Origin: an uncultured Chloroflexia bacterium
Lineage (GTDB): Bacteria > Chloroflexota > Limnocylindria > QHBO01
DNA length: 64,000 nt
Reading direction: 5' to 3'
Assembly: GCA_963827475.1 (NCBI GenBank)
Contig: CAWHAZ010000007.1
Span: 1-64,000, forward strand
Positions 12,928 through 25,739 of the stretch are shown in pieces. The notes beneath the pieces are model-generated. The model was not told the DNA's origin and did not search any database. It saw only the letters and a list, made by a program, of their open reading frames with translations. Position numbers and translations under genes: made by a program. Every line of letters starts with the position of its first letter. The first letter of the stretch is position 1.

Positions 12928-14205
12928 ATGGCCGTCCGCACCGAGCCAACCGCTGTACCCACAGCGATTCCCGGCGCCTTCAGCGGCACCGAGAAGCGCG
13001 CCGACTTCCCGGTCTTCGAGCGACCAACCGGCAGCGGCAACCGCCTGACCTATCTCGACTCGGCCGCGTCCGCTCCCAAGCCCAGGGTCGTGATCGACGC
13101 CATGGCGGACGCGTACTCCCACCACTACGCGAACGTGCACCGCGGCATCTACGAGCTGAGCGAGGACGCGACCCAGCGCTTCGAGGCCGCCCGGCGCAAG
13201 GTGACCCAGTTCCTCCACGCCCCGAGCGACAAGGAGATCGTCTTCGTCCGCAACGCGACCGAGGCCATCAACCTGGTCGCGTACTCGTGGGGCCGGACGA
13301 ACCTGGGCACGGGCGACGTGATGGTCACCACCCAGCTCGAGCACCACGCGAACATCGTCCCGTGGCAGCAGCTGACCAAGGAGGTCGGCGCGGAGCTGCG
13401 CTACGTCCTGATCACGGATGACGGCCGGCTGGACCTCGACGACCTCGACCGCCACCTGGCTGCCAAGCCGAAGCTCCTCGCCGTCGCGGCCGTGTCGAAC
13501 GCACTCGGCACGATCAACCCGATCCGCGAGATCACCGAGCGGGCCCATGCCGCCGGCGCCCTGGTCCTCGTCGACGCCGCGCAGGCCGCGCCGCACATGC
13601 CCATCGACATCCAGGCCATCGGCTGCGACTTCCTGGCCATCAGCGGCCACAAGATGCTCGGCCCGTCCGGCATCGGCGCGCTGTGGGCCCGCCGCGAGCT
13701 GCTCGAGGCCATGCCGCCGTTCCTGACCGGGGGCAACATGATCATCCGGGTCACGATGGACGGCGCCGAGTGGAACGAGGTGCCGCAGAAGTTCGAGGCC
13801 GGAACGCCCGCCATCGTGGAGGCCATCGGCCTGGGCGCCGCCGTCGACTACCTGACCGATATCGGTATGGCGAACGTGCGCGAGCACGAACGCTACCTGT
13901 TCGAGCACGCGTGGGCCGCGCTGGGGGAGATCCCCGGCATCCGCCGGCTCGGGCCGGACGATCCCGAGATCCACGCCGGGGTGATCAGCTTCGTCAACGA
14001 CACCGTGCACCCGCACGACATGGCGACCGTGCTCGACCACCATGGCGTGGCCGTGCGGGCCGGCCACCACTGCGCCCAGCCGGTCATGCAGCGGTACGAC
14101 ATCCCGGCCACGACGCGGGCCAGCTTCTACGTCTACAACGACCTCGACGACGTGACCGCCCTGGCGGACGCGGTGCGGGCCGCGGTCACCCTGTTCGGGG
14201 CCTGA
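12928..14205 (+). CDS. sufS: Group II cysteine desulfurase SufS
   Basis: YLDSAAS, YANVHRG, EHHAN, SGHKMLGP, VRAGHHCAQP. Confidence 0.96.
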   Translation: MAVRTEPTAVPTAIPGAFSGTEKRADFPVFERPTGSGNRLTYLDSAASAPKPRVVIDAMADAYSHHYANVHRGIYELSEDATQRFEAARRKVTQFLHAPSDKEIVFVRNATEAINLVAYSWGRTNLGTGDVMVTTQLEHHANIVPWQQLTKEVGAELRYVLITDDGRLDLDDLDRHLAAKPKLLAVAAVSNALGTINPIREITERAHAAGALVLVDAAQAAPHMPIDIQAIGCDFLAISGHKMLGPSGIGALWARRELLEAMPPFLTGGNMIIRVTMDGAEWNEVPQKFEAGTPAIVEAIGLGAAVDYLTDIGMANVREHERYLFEHAWAALGEIPGIRRLGPDDPEIHAGVISFVNDTVHPHDMATVLDHHGVAVRAGHHCAQPVMQRYDIPATTRASFYVYNDLDDVTALADAVRAAVTLFGA

Positions 14206-14219
14206 GCCCGGGGAGCGAC

Positions 14220-14624
14220 ATGGACAACCTGTACCGCGACTTCATCCTCGAGCACTACAAGAACCCCCACAACGCGGGGGTTCTGGATCCCCACGACCTG
14301 CACGCCGCCGACTCGAACCCGACCTGCGGCGACGAGCTGTCCATGACCCTGCTCCTGACCGATGACCGGTCGGGCATCGCCGACGTCGCCTTCGAGGGCC
14401 GCGGCTGCGCGATCAGCCAGGCATCGGCCTCGATCCTGACCGATTCGCTGCGCGGCATGTCCCTCGACGAGGTGCGGGCCATCGACCCCAAGGTCGTGCT
14501 GGACGACCTCGGCGTGCCCATCGGTCCGGCGCGGCTCAAGTGCGCGCTGCTCGGCTACAAGGTCCTGCAGGGCGCCGTGACCGGCTCGGCCGTGGACTGG
14601 CCGGCGGAAGCGGAGGCGGTCTGA
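14220..14624 (+). CDS. sufU: SufU/NifU-like sulfurtransferase/scaffold
   Basis: ILEHYKNP, NPTCGD, GCAISQAS, RLKCALL. Confidence 0.9.
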   Translation: MDNLYRDFILEHYKNPHNAGVLDPHDLHAADSNPTCGDELSMTLLLTDDRSGIADVAFEGRGCAISQASASILTDSLRGMSLDEVRAIDPKVVLDDLGVPIGPARLKCALLGYKVLQGAVTGSAVDWPAEAEAV

Positions 14625-15755
14625 TGCCGGAGCCCGGAACCTTTCTGGAGGTCTCGGTTCCCGACGCCCTGAAGCTGGCGGACGGGCGGCGGATCATCGA
14701 CGTCCGCGAGCTGGTGGAGTGGAACGAGGGCCACATTCCGTCCGCCACGCTCGTCCCGCTGGCCGACCTTGCGGCCACCATCGAGACGGTCGTCCCGGAC
14801 AAGTCGACGCCGCTGCTCGTCCATTGCGCGGTCGGCGCCCGGTCGCGGCGGGCCTCGCAGTACCTGGCAGAGAACGGGTACACCGACGTCCTGAACATCC
14901 AGGGTCGCCTCGCCGAGTGGAAGGCGCTCGGTGGCGCCTGGGAGGAGCCCACCCAGCTGCTGACCGACGCCGAGCGGGCCCGCTACTCGCGCCAGCTCCT
15001 GATCCCGGAGATCGGGCAGGAGGGGCAGCGGCGGATGCTCGACGCCCGCGTCCTGCTGATCGGAGCCGGCGGCCTGGGCTCGCCGGCGGCCCTCTACCTG
15101 GCCGCGGCCGGGATCGGCACGCTGGGGATCGTGGACGACGACGTGGTCGACGAGTCCAACCTCCAGCGCCAGATCCTGCACACCGCCGACCGAGTCGGGA
15201 TGCCGAAGACGCAGAGCGCGGAGCTGACGCTCGCCGCCCTGAACCCCGCCGTCACCATCGTCCGCCATCCGGTCCGCCTCGACGCGTCCAACGTCGACGA
15301 CCTGGTCGCCTCGTATGACGTGATCGTGGACGGGACAGACAACTTCGAGACCCGCTACCTGCTCAACGACGCATCGGTGCGGTACCGCAAGCCGGTGGTT
15401 CACGGCTCGATCTATCGCTGGGACGGCCAGCTCACGACCTTCATCCCCTTCGACGGCCCGTGCTACCGCTGCCTGTACCCCACCCAGCCACCGCCCGAGC
15501 TCGCGCCGGACTGCGCCGTCGCCGGAGTGCTGGGCGTGCTGCCGGGGATCATCGGCCTGCTCCAGGCAAACGAGACGATCAAGCTCGTGCTGGGCGTGGG
15601 GGAGACGCTCGCCGGGCGGATGCTGCTGTTCGATGCCATGAGCACCTCGTTCGACGAGATCCGCCTGTGGCGCGACCCGGCCTGCCCGGCCTGCGGCGAC
15701 GCGGTCGCAGATCCGCGAGGCGGACCGGGCCCCGGCCGTCGTGGCCGCGTCATGA
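14624..15755 (+). CDS. moeZ: Rhodanese-ThiF/MoeB fusion (MoeZ-like sulfur-carrier adenylyltransferase/sulfurtransferase)
   Basis: N-terminal rhodanese (IIDVRE, HIP, HCAVGARS), then RYSRQ, GAGGLG, DESNLQRQ, CYRC, CPAC; one frameshift near the end. Confidence 0.9.
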
Positions 15756-16028
15756 GCCAGGTCCGGATCCCGCCCGTCCTGCGCGAAACGGTCGGCGGCC
15801 AACGCGACCTGGAGGCCACCGGCTCGACGGTGAGCGAGGTCCTCGCCGACCTCTTCGCCCGCCACCCCGCCCTCCGCGAGCGGGTGACTGCCGACGGCGC
15901 CCTGTCCGAGTTCGTGAACGTCTACGTCAACGGGCGCGATGTCCGGTACGGCGACGGGCTGGCGACGAGCGGTCGGGCCGAACGACCAGGTCATCCTGCT
16001 GCCGGCCATGGCCGGAGGCTCGGCCTAG
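15752..16028 (+). CDS. cysO: Ubiquitin-like sulfur carrier (MoaD/ThiS/CysO family; frameshift ~15968)
   Basis: VRIPPVLR, FVNVYVNG, C-terminus DQVILLPAMAGGSA-stop. Confidence 0.82.
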
Positions 16029-16032
16029 ACCG

Positions 16033-16992
16033 ATGGCGGCCGCCCGGCCGCCCACGCGCATCCTGGCCGACATCGTCGAGGCCATCGGCCATACGCCGAT
16101 GGTCGAGCTCCGCCGGCTGGCGCCGACGCCCAGGGTCCGGCTCTTCGCCAAGATCGAGGGGGCCAACCCGACCGGATCGGTCAAGGACCGGATCGCGCGG
16201 TCGATGCTGGCCGAGGCGGCGGCCAGCGGGGCGCTGCAGCCGCGGCAGACCATCCTCGAACCGTCCAGCGGGAACACCGGGATCAGCCTGGCGATGGTCG
16301 CCGGGCGAACGGGCCACCCGGTGCGGATCGTGATGCCGGACAACACCACGCCGGAGCGGGAGCAGCTGCTGCGCCTGTACGGGGCCGAGATCGTGTTCTC
16401 GCCCGGCGTCGAGGGCTCGAACGGCGCGATCCGCATGGCCGAGCGGATGGCGGAGGCCGATCCATCGCTCTTCATGCCGTTCCAGTACGGGAACGATGCC
16501 AATCCGGGCGCCCACGAGGAGACGACCGGGCCGGAGATCCTGGACGCCGTCCCTGACGTGGACGTGTTCGTGGCCGGGTTGGGGACCGGAGGCACCCTGA
16601 CCGGTGTCGGGCGTGCCCTGAAGCGGGCGCGGCCCGCCGTGCGGATCGTGGCCGCGGAGCCGCTCCCCGGGGAGCAGGTCCAGGGCCTCCGCTCCCTGGA
16701 GGAGGGCTACGTGCCCCCGGTCCTCGACCAGTCGATCCTCGATGACCGGTTCCTGGTCAGCAACCGCGAGGCCGTCCTCGGCGTCCGGCGGCTGATGCGC
16801 GAGGAGGGCATCTTCGCCGGCCTCTCGTCCGGCGCCGCGCTGGCCATCGCCCTCCGCGTGGCGGAGGACCTGGACAGCGGCTCGGTCGTGGTGCTGCTGG
16901 CGGATGGCGGTTGGAAATACCTCTCCACCGGCCTGTGGGACCGCGACCTCGATGCCCTCGAATCCGACATGGAGCGCCAGGTCCTGTGGTGA
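16033..16992 (+). CDS. cysM: PLP-dependent cysteine synthase, CysO-dependent CysM type
   Basis: NPTGSVKDR, SSGNTG, GLGTGGT, C-terminal GWKYLSTG...LW tail like mycobacterial CysM. Confidence 0.85.
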   Translation: MAAARPPTRILADIVEAIGHTPMVELRRLAPTPRVRLFAKIEGANPTGSVKDRIARSMLAEAAASGALQPRQTILEPSSGNTGISLAMVAGRTGHPVRIVMPDNTTPEREQLLRLYGAEIVFSPGVEGSNGAIRMAERMAEADPSLFMPFQYGNDANPGAHEETTGPEILDAVPDVDVFVAGLGTGGTLTGVGRALKRARPAVRIVAAEPLPGEQVQGLRSLEEGYVPPVLDQSILDDRFLVSNREAVLGVRRLMREEGIFAGLSSGAALAIALRVAEDLDSGSVVVLLADGGWKYLSTGLWDRDLDALESDMERQVLW

Positions 16993-17423
16993 GCGGCCCC
17001 GACCCAGGCCTGATCATCAGTCCAGGCCTGGCGGACGAGCTCCTGGCCCACGCTCGTGCCGAGGTCCCGAACGAGGCGTGCGGCATCCTCTCCGGCTCCG
17101 CGGCCGAGGGTCGCGCGACCACATACCACCCCGCCCGCAATGCGGACGCCTCTCCCTACGTCTACACCGTCCATCCCGACGACCTGGTCCGCATCGTGCT
17201 GGGCATCGAGGACGCCGGCGAAGACCTGGTCGCCATCTTCCACTCCCACACACGCACCCCGGCCGAGCCCTCGCCCACCGACCGCCGCCAGGCGATGTAC
17301 CCCGACGCCATCTACCTCCTGGCCACCCTCATGGACCCGTCCGCCGAATCGATGCAGGCGCTCCGCGCCTGGCGCATCCACGACGGCGAGTCGAGCGAAG
17401 TCCCGCTCGCCATCGAACCCTGA
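16989..17423 (+). CDS. mec: JAMM/Mov34 metallopeptidase (Mec-like)
   Basis: EACGIL and HSHTRTPAEPSPTD (HxH-x7-S-x2-D). Confidence 0.85.
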   Translation: MSGPDPGLIISPGLADELLAHARAEVPNEACGILSGSAAEGRATTYHPARNADASPYVYTVHPDDLVRIVLGIEDAGEDLVAIFHSHTRTPAEPSPTDRRQAMYPDAIYLLATLMDPSAESMQALRAWRIHDGESSEVPLAIEP

Positions 17424-17449
17424 CCTCGGTCGGCTACGCTGCGCTGCCC

Positions 17450-18565
17450 ATGCCACCGTTTCCCGCATCGGTCCATCGCGATCGCCTGGCGCGCGCGGGC
17501 CGCGAGGCGGGCGAGCGCGAGATGGACGCCATCCTGGTCACCCCGTCGTCCGACTACCGGTATCTCCTCGGGTATGACGCACCACCCCTCGAGCGGCTGA
17601 CCTGCCTGATCGTGCGGCCGAACGCGGCGCCGACGCTGGTCCTGCCCCACCTCGAGGAGCCGCTGGCACGTCACGAGCTGGGGCCCTTGGCCGACGAGAT
17701 GGAGCTGCGGACGTGGGAGGAGACCGAGGACCCCTTCGCGCTCGTCGGGGAGGTGCTCGACGCGCGAAGCCGGGTGGCGGTCCAGGACCAGATGTGGGCG
17801 CGGTTCGTCCTCCGCCTGCGGGCATCCCTCGACGGGGCGGACCTGGTCGAAGCCGGTCCTGCGCTGAGCGCGCTGCGCCGGACCAAGAGCCCCGAGGAGA
17901 TCGAGCGACTCCGGACCGCCGCCGAGGCGGCCGACCGGGCGATGGACGCCATCACCTCCCAGCGGCTGAGCGGCCGCACCGAGGCGGCGGTGGCGGCGGT
18001 CATTCGCGAGCTGCTGCGCTCCGCCGGCCACGACGAGGCGGACTGGGCGATCGTGGCCTCCGGCCCGAACGCCGCCAGCCCGCATCACACGCCGGGAGAT
18101 CGGCTCATCGCCGAGGGTGACTCGATCGTGCTCGACATCGGCGGCACCGCAAACGGGTATGCCAGCGACACGACCCGGACCGCCTTCGTGGGCATTCCCT
18201 CCGAGGAGTTCCAGGACCTGTACGCCACTCTCCAGCAGGCCCAGGCCGCCGCCTGTGATGCGGTCCGACCCGGGATCGCTGCCCGCGATGTGGACCGCGT
18301 GGCGCGCGAGATCATCACCGACGCCGGCTACGGCCCGCTGTTCACCCATCGAACCGGCCACGGCATCGGCCTCGAGACCCACGAGGAGCCGTACCTGGTC
18401 GAGTCCAACCCGGAGCCGCTCCGCGAGGGCGACGCGTTCAGCGTCGAGCCGGGGATCTACGTCGACGGCCGGTGGGGGGCGCGGATCGAGGACATCGTGG
18501 TCTGCACCGCGGACGGCGGGGAGCGTCTCAACCGCTCGTCCCGCGACCTCCGGGTCGTGGCCTAG
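17450..18565 (+). CDS. Xaa-Pro aminopeptidase (M24)
   Basis: DIGG, YASDTTRT, HRTGHGIG, HEEP, VEPGIY, RIED. Confidence 0.9.
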   Translation: MPPFPASVHRDRLARAGREAGEREMDAILVTPSSDYRYLLGYDAPPLERLTCLIVRPNAAPTLVLPHLEEPLARHELGPLADEMELRTWEETEDPFALVGEVLDARSRVAVQDQMWARFVLRLRASLDGADLVEAGPALSALRRTKSPEEIERLRTAAEAADRAMDAITSQRLSGRTEAAVAAVIRELLRSAGHDEADWAIVASGPNAASPHHTPGDRLIAEGDSIVLDIGGTANGYASDTTRTAFVGIPSEEFQDLYATLQQAQAAACDAVRPGIAARDVDRVAREIITDAGYGPLFTHRTGHGIGLETHEEPYLVESNPEPLREGDAFSVEPGIYVDGRWGARIEDIVVCTADGGERLNRSSRDLRVVA

Positions 18566-18569
18566 GGCC

Positions 18570-20000
18570 TCAGGCCTCGCCCCGCATCTCGGCGGCCGTC
18601 ATGCGGCCGATCTCGTCCCACAGGTGCACGATGGCATCCATCCCGCCGCGGTAGTTGGCCATCGGCATCCACTCGTTCGGGGCGTGGAAGTTCCCGTTCG
18701 GTGACGCCCAGCCGACCATCACGCTCTTGATCCCGGTCTTCTGCTCGAGCGCCGGCACGTACGGAATGCTGCCGCCGGACCGATGGAAGACCGGTTCCTT
18801 GCCGAACGCCTTCTCCGACGCTCGGGCCGCGGCCCCCACCGCCGGATGGTCGATGGGGGTGATCGCCGGCCAGCCGTTCGACAGCGACTTCACGCTCACC
18901 CGGCAGGTGGACGGGCCCATCGCTGTGAGGTGCTCGATCATGTGCGCCTCGATCTTGCGTGGATCCTGGTTGGGCACCAGCCGCGTGCTCAGCTTGGCGG
19001 CCGCCCAGCCGGGGATGATCGTCTTCGACCCCTCGCCCTGGTAGCCGCCCCAGATGCCGTTGATGTCGAACGTCGGCCGCCCGGAGAGGCGCTCGACCAG
19101 GGTCCAGCCGCGCTCGCCGGTCATCGGCTCGGCGACCCCGGTCGCCTTCATGAACCCCTCGTGGTCGAAGGGGACCGCGGCATACGCCTCCCGCTCGGCA
19201 TCGGTCAGGTCCACGACGTCGTCGTAGAAGCCGGGGCAGGTGACCCGCCCGTCCTCGTCGACCAGGGAGGCGAGCATCTTGACCAGGATGTTGGCCGGGT
19301 TGTCGACCCCGCCGCCGTACGAGCCGGAGTGGACGTCCTGGAACGGGCCCTGGACGCGCACTTCCCAGTAGGCGATGCCGCGCAGGCCGTAGGTGATGGC
19401 CGGGGTGCCCTCGTCGTCCTGCATGTCGGAGTCGGAGACGATGCACACGTCGGCGGTCAGCAGCTCGGGGTGGGCATCGATGAACTCGGTGACCGGCTCG
19501 CTGATGTGCTCCTCGTCGCCCTCGAAGATGACGCGCATGTTGATCGGCAGGTGGCCGACGCCCTTGAGCCACGCCTCGGCGGCGCGGAGGTGCATGTAGA
19601 GCTGGCCCTTGTCGTCGCCGGAGCCCCGCGCGTACAGGATGTCGTCCTCGTACCGCGGCTCGAATGGCGGCCGGACCCACTCGTCGAGCGGATCGGGCGG
19701 CTGGACGTCGTAGTGGCAGTAGACCAGGACGGTGGGCTTGTCCGGCCCGGCATGGAGCCAGTCGGCGGTGACCACCGGATGGCTGCGGGTATCGGTCAGG
19801 CGGGCGTTGTCGAAGCCGATCTCGGTGAAGTGGTCCGCGATCCACTGCGCCGTCCGGCGCATCTCGTCCTTCTTGGTCGGGTCGGCACTGACCGATTCCA
19901 TCCGGAGGAACTCGTCGAGGCCCTTCAGGTGGTCATCGGCATGCTCGCGCAGGTAGGCGAGCGCGGTCTCGACTCCTGGCCGGCTGTCCACGGTGGTCAT
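18570..20000 (-). CDS. M20 family dipeptidase
   Basis: HYDVQP, ARGSGDDKGQ, EGDEE, DVHSG, GGSIP, HAPNE. Confidence 0.9.
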   Translation of the reverse strand: MTTVDSRPGVETALAYLREHADDHLKGLDEFLRMESVSADPTKKDEMRRTAQWIADHFTEIGFDNARLTDTRSHPVVTADWLHAGPDKPTVLVYCHYDVQPPDPLDEWVRPPFEPRYEDDILYARGSGDDKGQLYMHLRAAEAWLKGVGHLPINMRVIFEGDEEHISEPVTEFIDAHPELLTADVCIVSDSDMQDDEGTPAITYGLRGIAYWEVRVQGPFQDVHSGSYGGGVDNPANILVKMLASLVDEDGRVTCPGFYDDVVDLTDAEREAYAAVPFDHEGFMKATGVAEPMTGERGWTLVERLSGRPTFDINGIWGGYQGEGSKTIIPGWAAAKLSTRLVPNQDPRKIEAHMIEHLTAMGPSTCRVSVKSLSNGWPAITPIDHPAVGAAARASEKAFGKEPVFHRSGGSIPYVPALEQKTGIKSVMVGWASPNGNFHAPNEWMPMANYRGGMDAIVHLWDEIGRMTAAEMRGEA

Positions 20001-20023
20001 TGCCCGATGGTATCCGGCAGGGC

Positions 20024-20296
20024 CTAGCCGAGGGCGCCGAAGACGAAAAGCAGGAAGAGGAGCAGCGCCACTCCCGGAATGAAGGCGGCGACCTTGAGCA
20101 GGGGCGGCCACTGCGGCCCGCCGACCAGGGCATAGAGGGGGATCGAGATCGGGAAGACGAGGATGCCGGCCGACCAGCCCATCCTGGCGCGCGGTTTGAG
20201 GTCGACCCGATCCTGGACGTCGAGCCAGTAGGCCACGATCATCACGAACCCGCCGACGACGGCGAAGACCATCAGCGCCCAGACGAACGGGAGCAC
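20024..20296 (-). CDS. Small membrane protein
   Basis: 90-aa ORF with about 3 hydrophobic segments; TAGGAT box 6 nt upstream of GTG. Confidence 0.6.
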   Translation of the reverse strand: MLPFVWALMVFAVVGGFVMIVAYWLDVQDRVDLKPRARMGWSAGILVFPISIPLYALVGGPQWPPLLKVAAFIPGVALLLFLLFVFGALG

Positions 20297-20305
20297 GGGC
20301 TGATC

Positions 20306-21084
20306 CTAGTCAGCCACCGGCTGGCCCATCTCGGCCATGTACTTCCGCCAGCGCACCCGCTCGCCGGGGCCATTGAAGAGGTCGGTCAGCAACCGGCTTC
20401 CCGGACGGCGTGGGGGGTACGTCGGCTCCTCGGCGGGGAGCAGGGCGGCCATGCCGGCCCGAACCTGCTCGGCGACCGCGGCGCGGGATGCCTTGTCGCC
20501 GCCGCGGGGAACCGCGATGGGCTGGCCGAATCGGACGACGACCTGCTTCCGCCACCACAGGGTCGAGCTGCCGACGATGGCGCACGGCACGACCGGCACC
20601 CCGGACAGGGCGGCGAACACGGTGGCCCCGTCCTGGAGCGGCAGCAGCTCCGACTCACGAAAACCGAGGGTCCCCTCGGAGGCAATGGCCAGCACCCCAC
20701 CGGCGTCGAACACCCGCTGCACCGCCTTGACCGATGAGCCCAGGTTCGACTTGGACGGGTTGAACGGGATCATCCCGCCGAAGAAGCCCATCACCCGGTT
20801 CCGGAAGCCCTTCGAGAAGTCCACTTCCTTCGGTCCGAACCAGGTGACCCGGGGTCGGAGCGGGCTGATGGCCATGACCAGCAATGGATCCCAGCCGGAG
20901 TGGTGGTTGGACGAGATCTGGAACGGCGCCGGCGGCCAGTTCCGAGACCCTCCCCGCGGACGCGGAAGAGCAGGCCGACGATGAGCCGGACGCCGATCCA
21001 CTCCAGCCGGTAGCGCCAGGTGACGTTCACGCCGAGCAGGTGGGTGCCGATCTCCCTCCCGCCGCTGGCGCCGGGCTGGGTCAC
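20306..21084 (-). CDS. Lysophospholipid acyltransferase (PlsC-like; frameshifted)
   Basis: NHHSGWD (HxxxxD), SEGT, GVPVVP, VRFGQPI. Confidence 0.8.
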
Positions 21085-22380
21085 GCGGCGGCGAGCTCCG
21101 GCTCCGCCGACGTTGGCTCGCCCAGCTCACGCCGTCGGGCATCGACCTGGCGCAGCGCCAGGGCGGCGAGCGCGACGAACCCGATGGCCACGTACATGGC
21201 GGCCACCGGCCCCGCCGCCTCCCCGACCGCGCGACCGACGAAGTCCATCGTCAGCCCGCCCACGATCAGGAACACCGGGGTCGCCAGGGCCGTTCCCACG
21301 TTCAGGATGCCCATGTAGCGGGCCGACGTGTGCTTGGGGATGACATCGGTCATCAGCGCCCAGTCGACCGACAGGAACGCGCCGATCCCGATCCCGGCCG
21401 GCACGAACACCGCGATCGCGATCTCGGGGGTGGGCGCGAGGGTCCACCCGAACAGCCCGACCGCCATGAGGCCCATGCCGGCGTAGATGACGGCCTTGCG
21501 CCCGTATCGGTCAGAGAGCCGCGCGCCCGGCATGCGAGGCGAGGGCGGACATGCCGGCGACGATCACCGTCGCGATGAAGACGAATGGCTCGCGTCGTCC
21601 CTGGGCAGCCCGTGGGTCCGCTGGAAGTAGTAGAGGCCCAGCGAGGTCGCTGCGGCCGAGCCGCCCAGGAACAGCAGGCGGACGGCGAGCAGCCACAGGA
21701 CGCTCTTCTCGCGGAGGATGTCGGTACCCCATGCCGACAAGGCGACCCGCGGCCAGGACATCGTCCGCTTCGGCCCGATCGTCCCCTCGTGCACCCGCAG
21801 GACCACGATGAGCATGGCCACGATCTCCACCGCACCCAGGGCCAGGGTGGCGACGAACATCGAGCCCCCCTCCTGCAACCCGAACATCGCGATCCCGGCC
21901 CCGACGATCGACCCCATCACGATCATCAGGCCCATCAGCCCGCTGGCCAGACCCACCTGACGAGCGGGAACCAGGTCCGGGACGTAGCCCTGGAACGGCC
22001 CCTGGGCGAAGTTCGAGGACACCTGGATCAGGAAGAAGAACGCCACCAGCGCGACGAAGGTGTTCGAGGTGGCGATGCCGTACAGGAACAGCATGTCCAG
22101 CAGGCCGCCGATGAAGATGTACGGCTTGCGGCGCCCCCAGCGGGTGATGGTGTAGTCGCTGATCACCCCGACCGTGGGCTGGACGAAGATGGACGCGATC
22201 ACGGCCACCCCGTTGATGATCGGCCAGGCCAACCCCGGAATTGTCCCGGCCGACGAAGTCCTCGACCATGGCCGGCACGATCTGGGTCCCGAGCCCGAAC
22301 TGGATGGTGAGGATCCCGAGCCAGTAGACCGACAGGGTCACCAGCGTTCGCAGTGGTAGCGCGGCCCGGTCAGCAGTCAC
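21081..22380 (-). CDS. MFS transporter (frameshifted)
   Basis: QPTVGVISD, RWGRRKPY, LSDRYGRK, SVDWALMTD; many TM helices. Confidence 0.85.
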
Positions 22381-22464
22381 GGCGGCCACCTTACTCGTCG
22401 CGGATTGGTGCGCATAGGGTCGCGCAGGCGGACTGCGGAAGGACTGCGGGTAGAATCCGCGCGC

Positions 22465-24413
<1,949 letters not shown>

Positions 24414-24417
<4 letters not shown>

Positions 24418-25106
24418 CCGGGAATCGAGCGGACCCTGCGGTCACGCGGCGGAAACCCGGCCTCCACCAGCCGCCACGCGTCCTCGTCCAGCACCTCGTA
24501 CGCCGCGAACGCGGTCGCCAGCCCGGTGGCGGTGGCCGGGTTGGGGCCATCCATGAGCTGGAAATGGAGGTGCGGCGCGGTCGAGTTGCCGTTGTGGCCC
24601 ACCCGACCGACGCGGTCGCCCTTGCGAACGGCATCACCCGCCTTTACCGGCACCGATTCGTGGGCCAGGTGGGCGTACGCCGCGTACACGTCGTCTCGCT
24701 CGACGCTCCTGAGGACGACGTGATTGCCGATGAACAGCCACGGGTCCGTGCGCCCGAGGAAGCTGAACGCGATCGAGTTCCACACGACCTTCACCAGGTC
24801 GAGGAATGGCTGGAGATGGCGCCGGTCAGGCGTGGCGTCCGAGGCGCGGACGACGGTGCCGTCGAACACCGCGTGGACGGGATCGCCGTACCCGTAGCAG
24901 TCGTCGAGGGAGACGCCGCGCGTCCAGTACCGCAGCCCGCTGCGCCGGTGGAACACGTCCCAGCGGTCTGGGTCCGTCCGCCACAGGTCGTAGGCGTAGG
25001 TCTGGGCGAACAGGTCCGTCCCGTGGCTCGGCACCCGCTGGGCGGGGGTGTGGACGGCGACCCACTCCCCGCGCAACGGGAATGCGACGACGATCGGTTC
25101 GTTCAG
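24414..25106 (-). CDS. M23-family peptidase-like protein (start uncertain)
   Basis: GNHVVL, YAHL, VKAGDAV, GHNGNSTAPHLHFQ. Confidence 0.75.
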
Positions 25107-25145
25107 CGACGCGATGGTCGCGTCAGGGTAGGCGATGGGCCGCGC

Positions 25146-25577
25146 TCAGGCGGCGACCTGTGAACCCTCGTTGACCTCGTTCTTGTGGGCGGCGAACGCG
25201 GCGAGCACCTCGCCCTTTTCCTGCTCCGGCACGCCGACCGTGTCCAGGGTGCGGGCCAGCTCCGCGGCCACTTCGTCGAATTCGGCCGGCGTGATCTTGA
25301 ACTCGCGGTGCGCCTCCTCCAGCCCGAGCGCGGTGCGACCCGGCTCCGTTCCCTGGTAGGTGAACGGTCCGCCACTGACCTGCGCGACCCACAGGGTCCG
25401 CATGAACTTCAGCCCCGGCAGCCGATCCAGCTGCTCGGTATGCCACTGGCGCAACGCCGGGTTCGCCGACTCCTGTCCGACGATGGGGTTCTTGATCAGC
25501 GCGTCGCTGAAGTGGTTCACGACCGCGGCGATCGCAAAGATCCCTCCCAGTCGGTCGTAGAGACTCTTCTCTTCCAT
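25146..25577 (-). CDS. Group I truncated haemoglobin
   Basis: SLYDRLGG, GGPFTY, proximal His in EEAH, IT..EF. Confidence 0.85.
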   Translation of the reverse strand: MEEKSLYDRLGGIFAIAAVVNHFSDALIKNPIVGQESANPALRQWHTEQLDRLPGLKFMRTLWVAQVSGGPFTYQGTEPGRTALGLEEAHREFKITPAEFDEVAAELARTLDTVGVPEQEKGEVLAAFAAHKNEVNEGSQVAA

Positions 25578-25739
25578 CGAGCTTCCACCTTTCGCTCATC
25601 GCGTAGGCCGGCGCCCGGTACGCCACGGCCGTGCACTCAGGTTTCTAAAGTACACCAACGCTAGTAATAGAGACAACCCCTCGAGTGCCGGGACCAGCCG
25701 CGCGTAGCCAGACGCTGACCGGAGGCGTACCCTGCCCCC

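Noticed and set aside
14540-16333. Apparent MoeZ-CysO fusion
   Set aside because: One indel near 15710 restores a TGA overlapping the cysO ATG (ATGA), the junction type common in this window.
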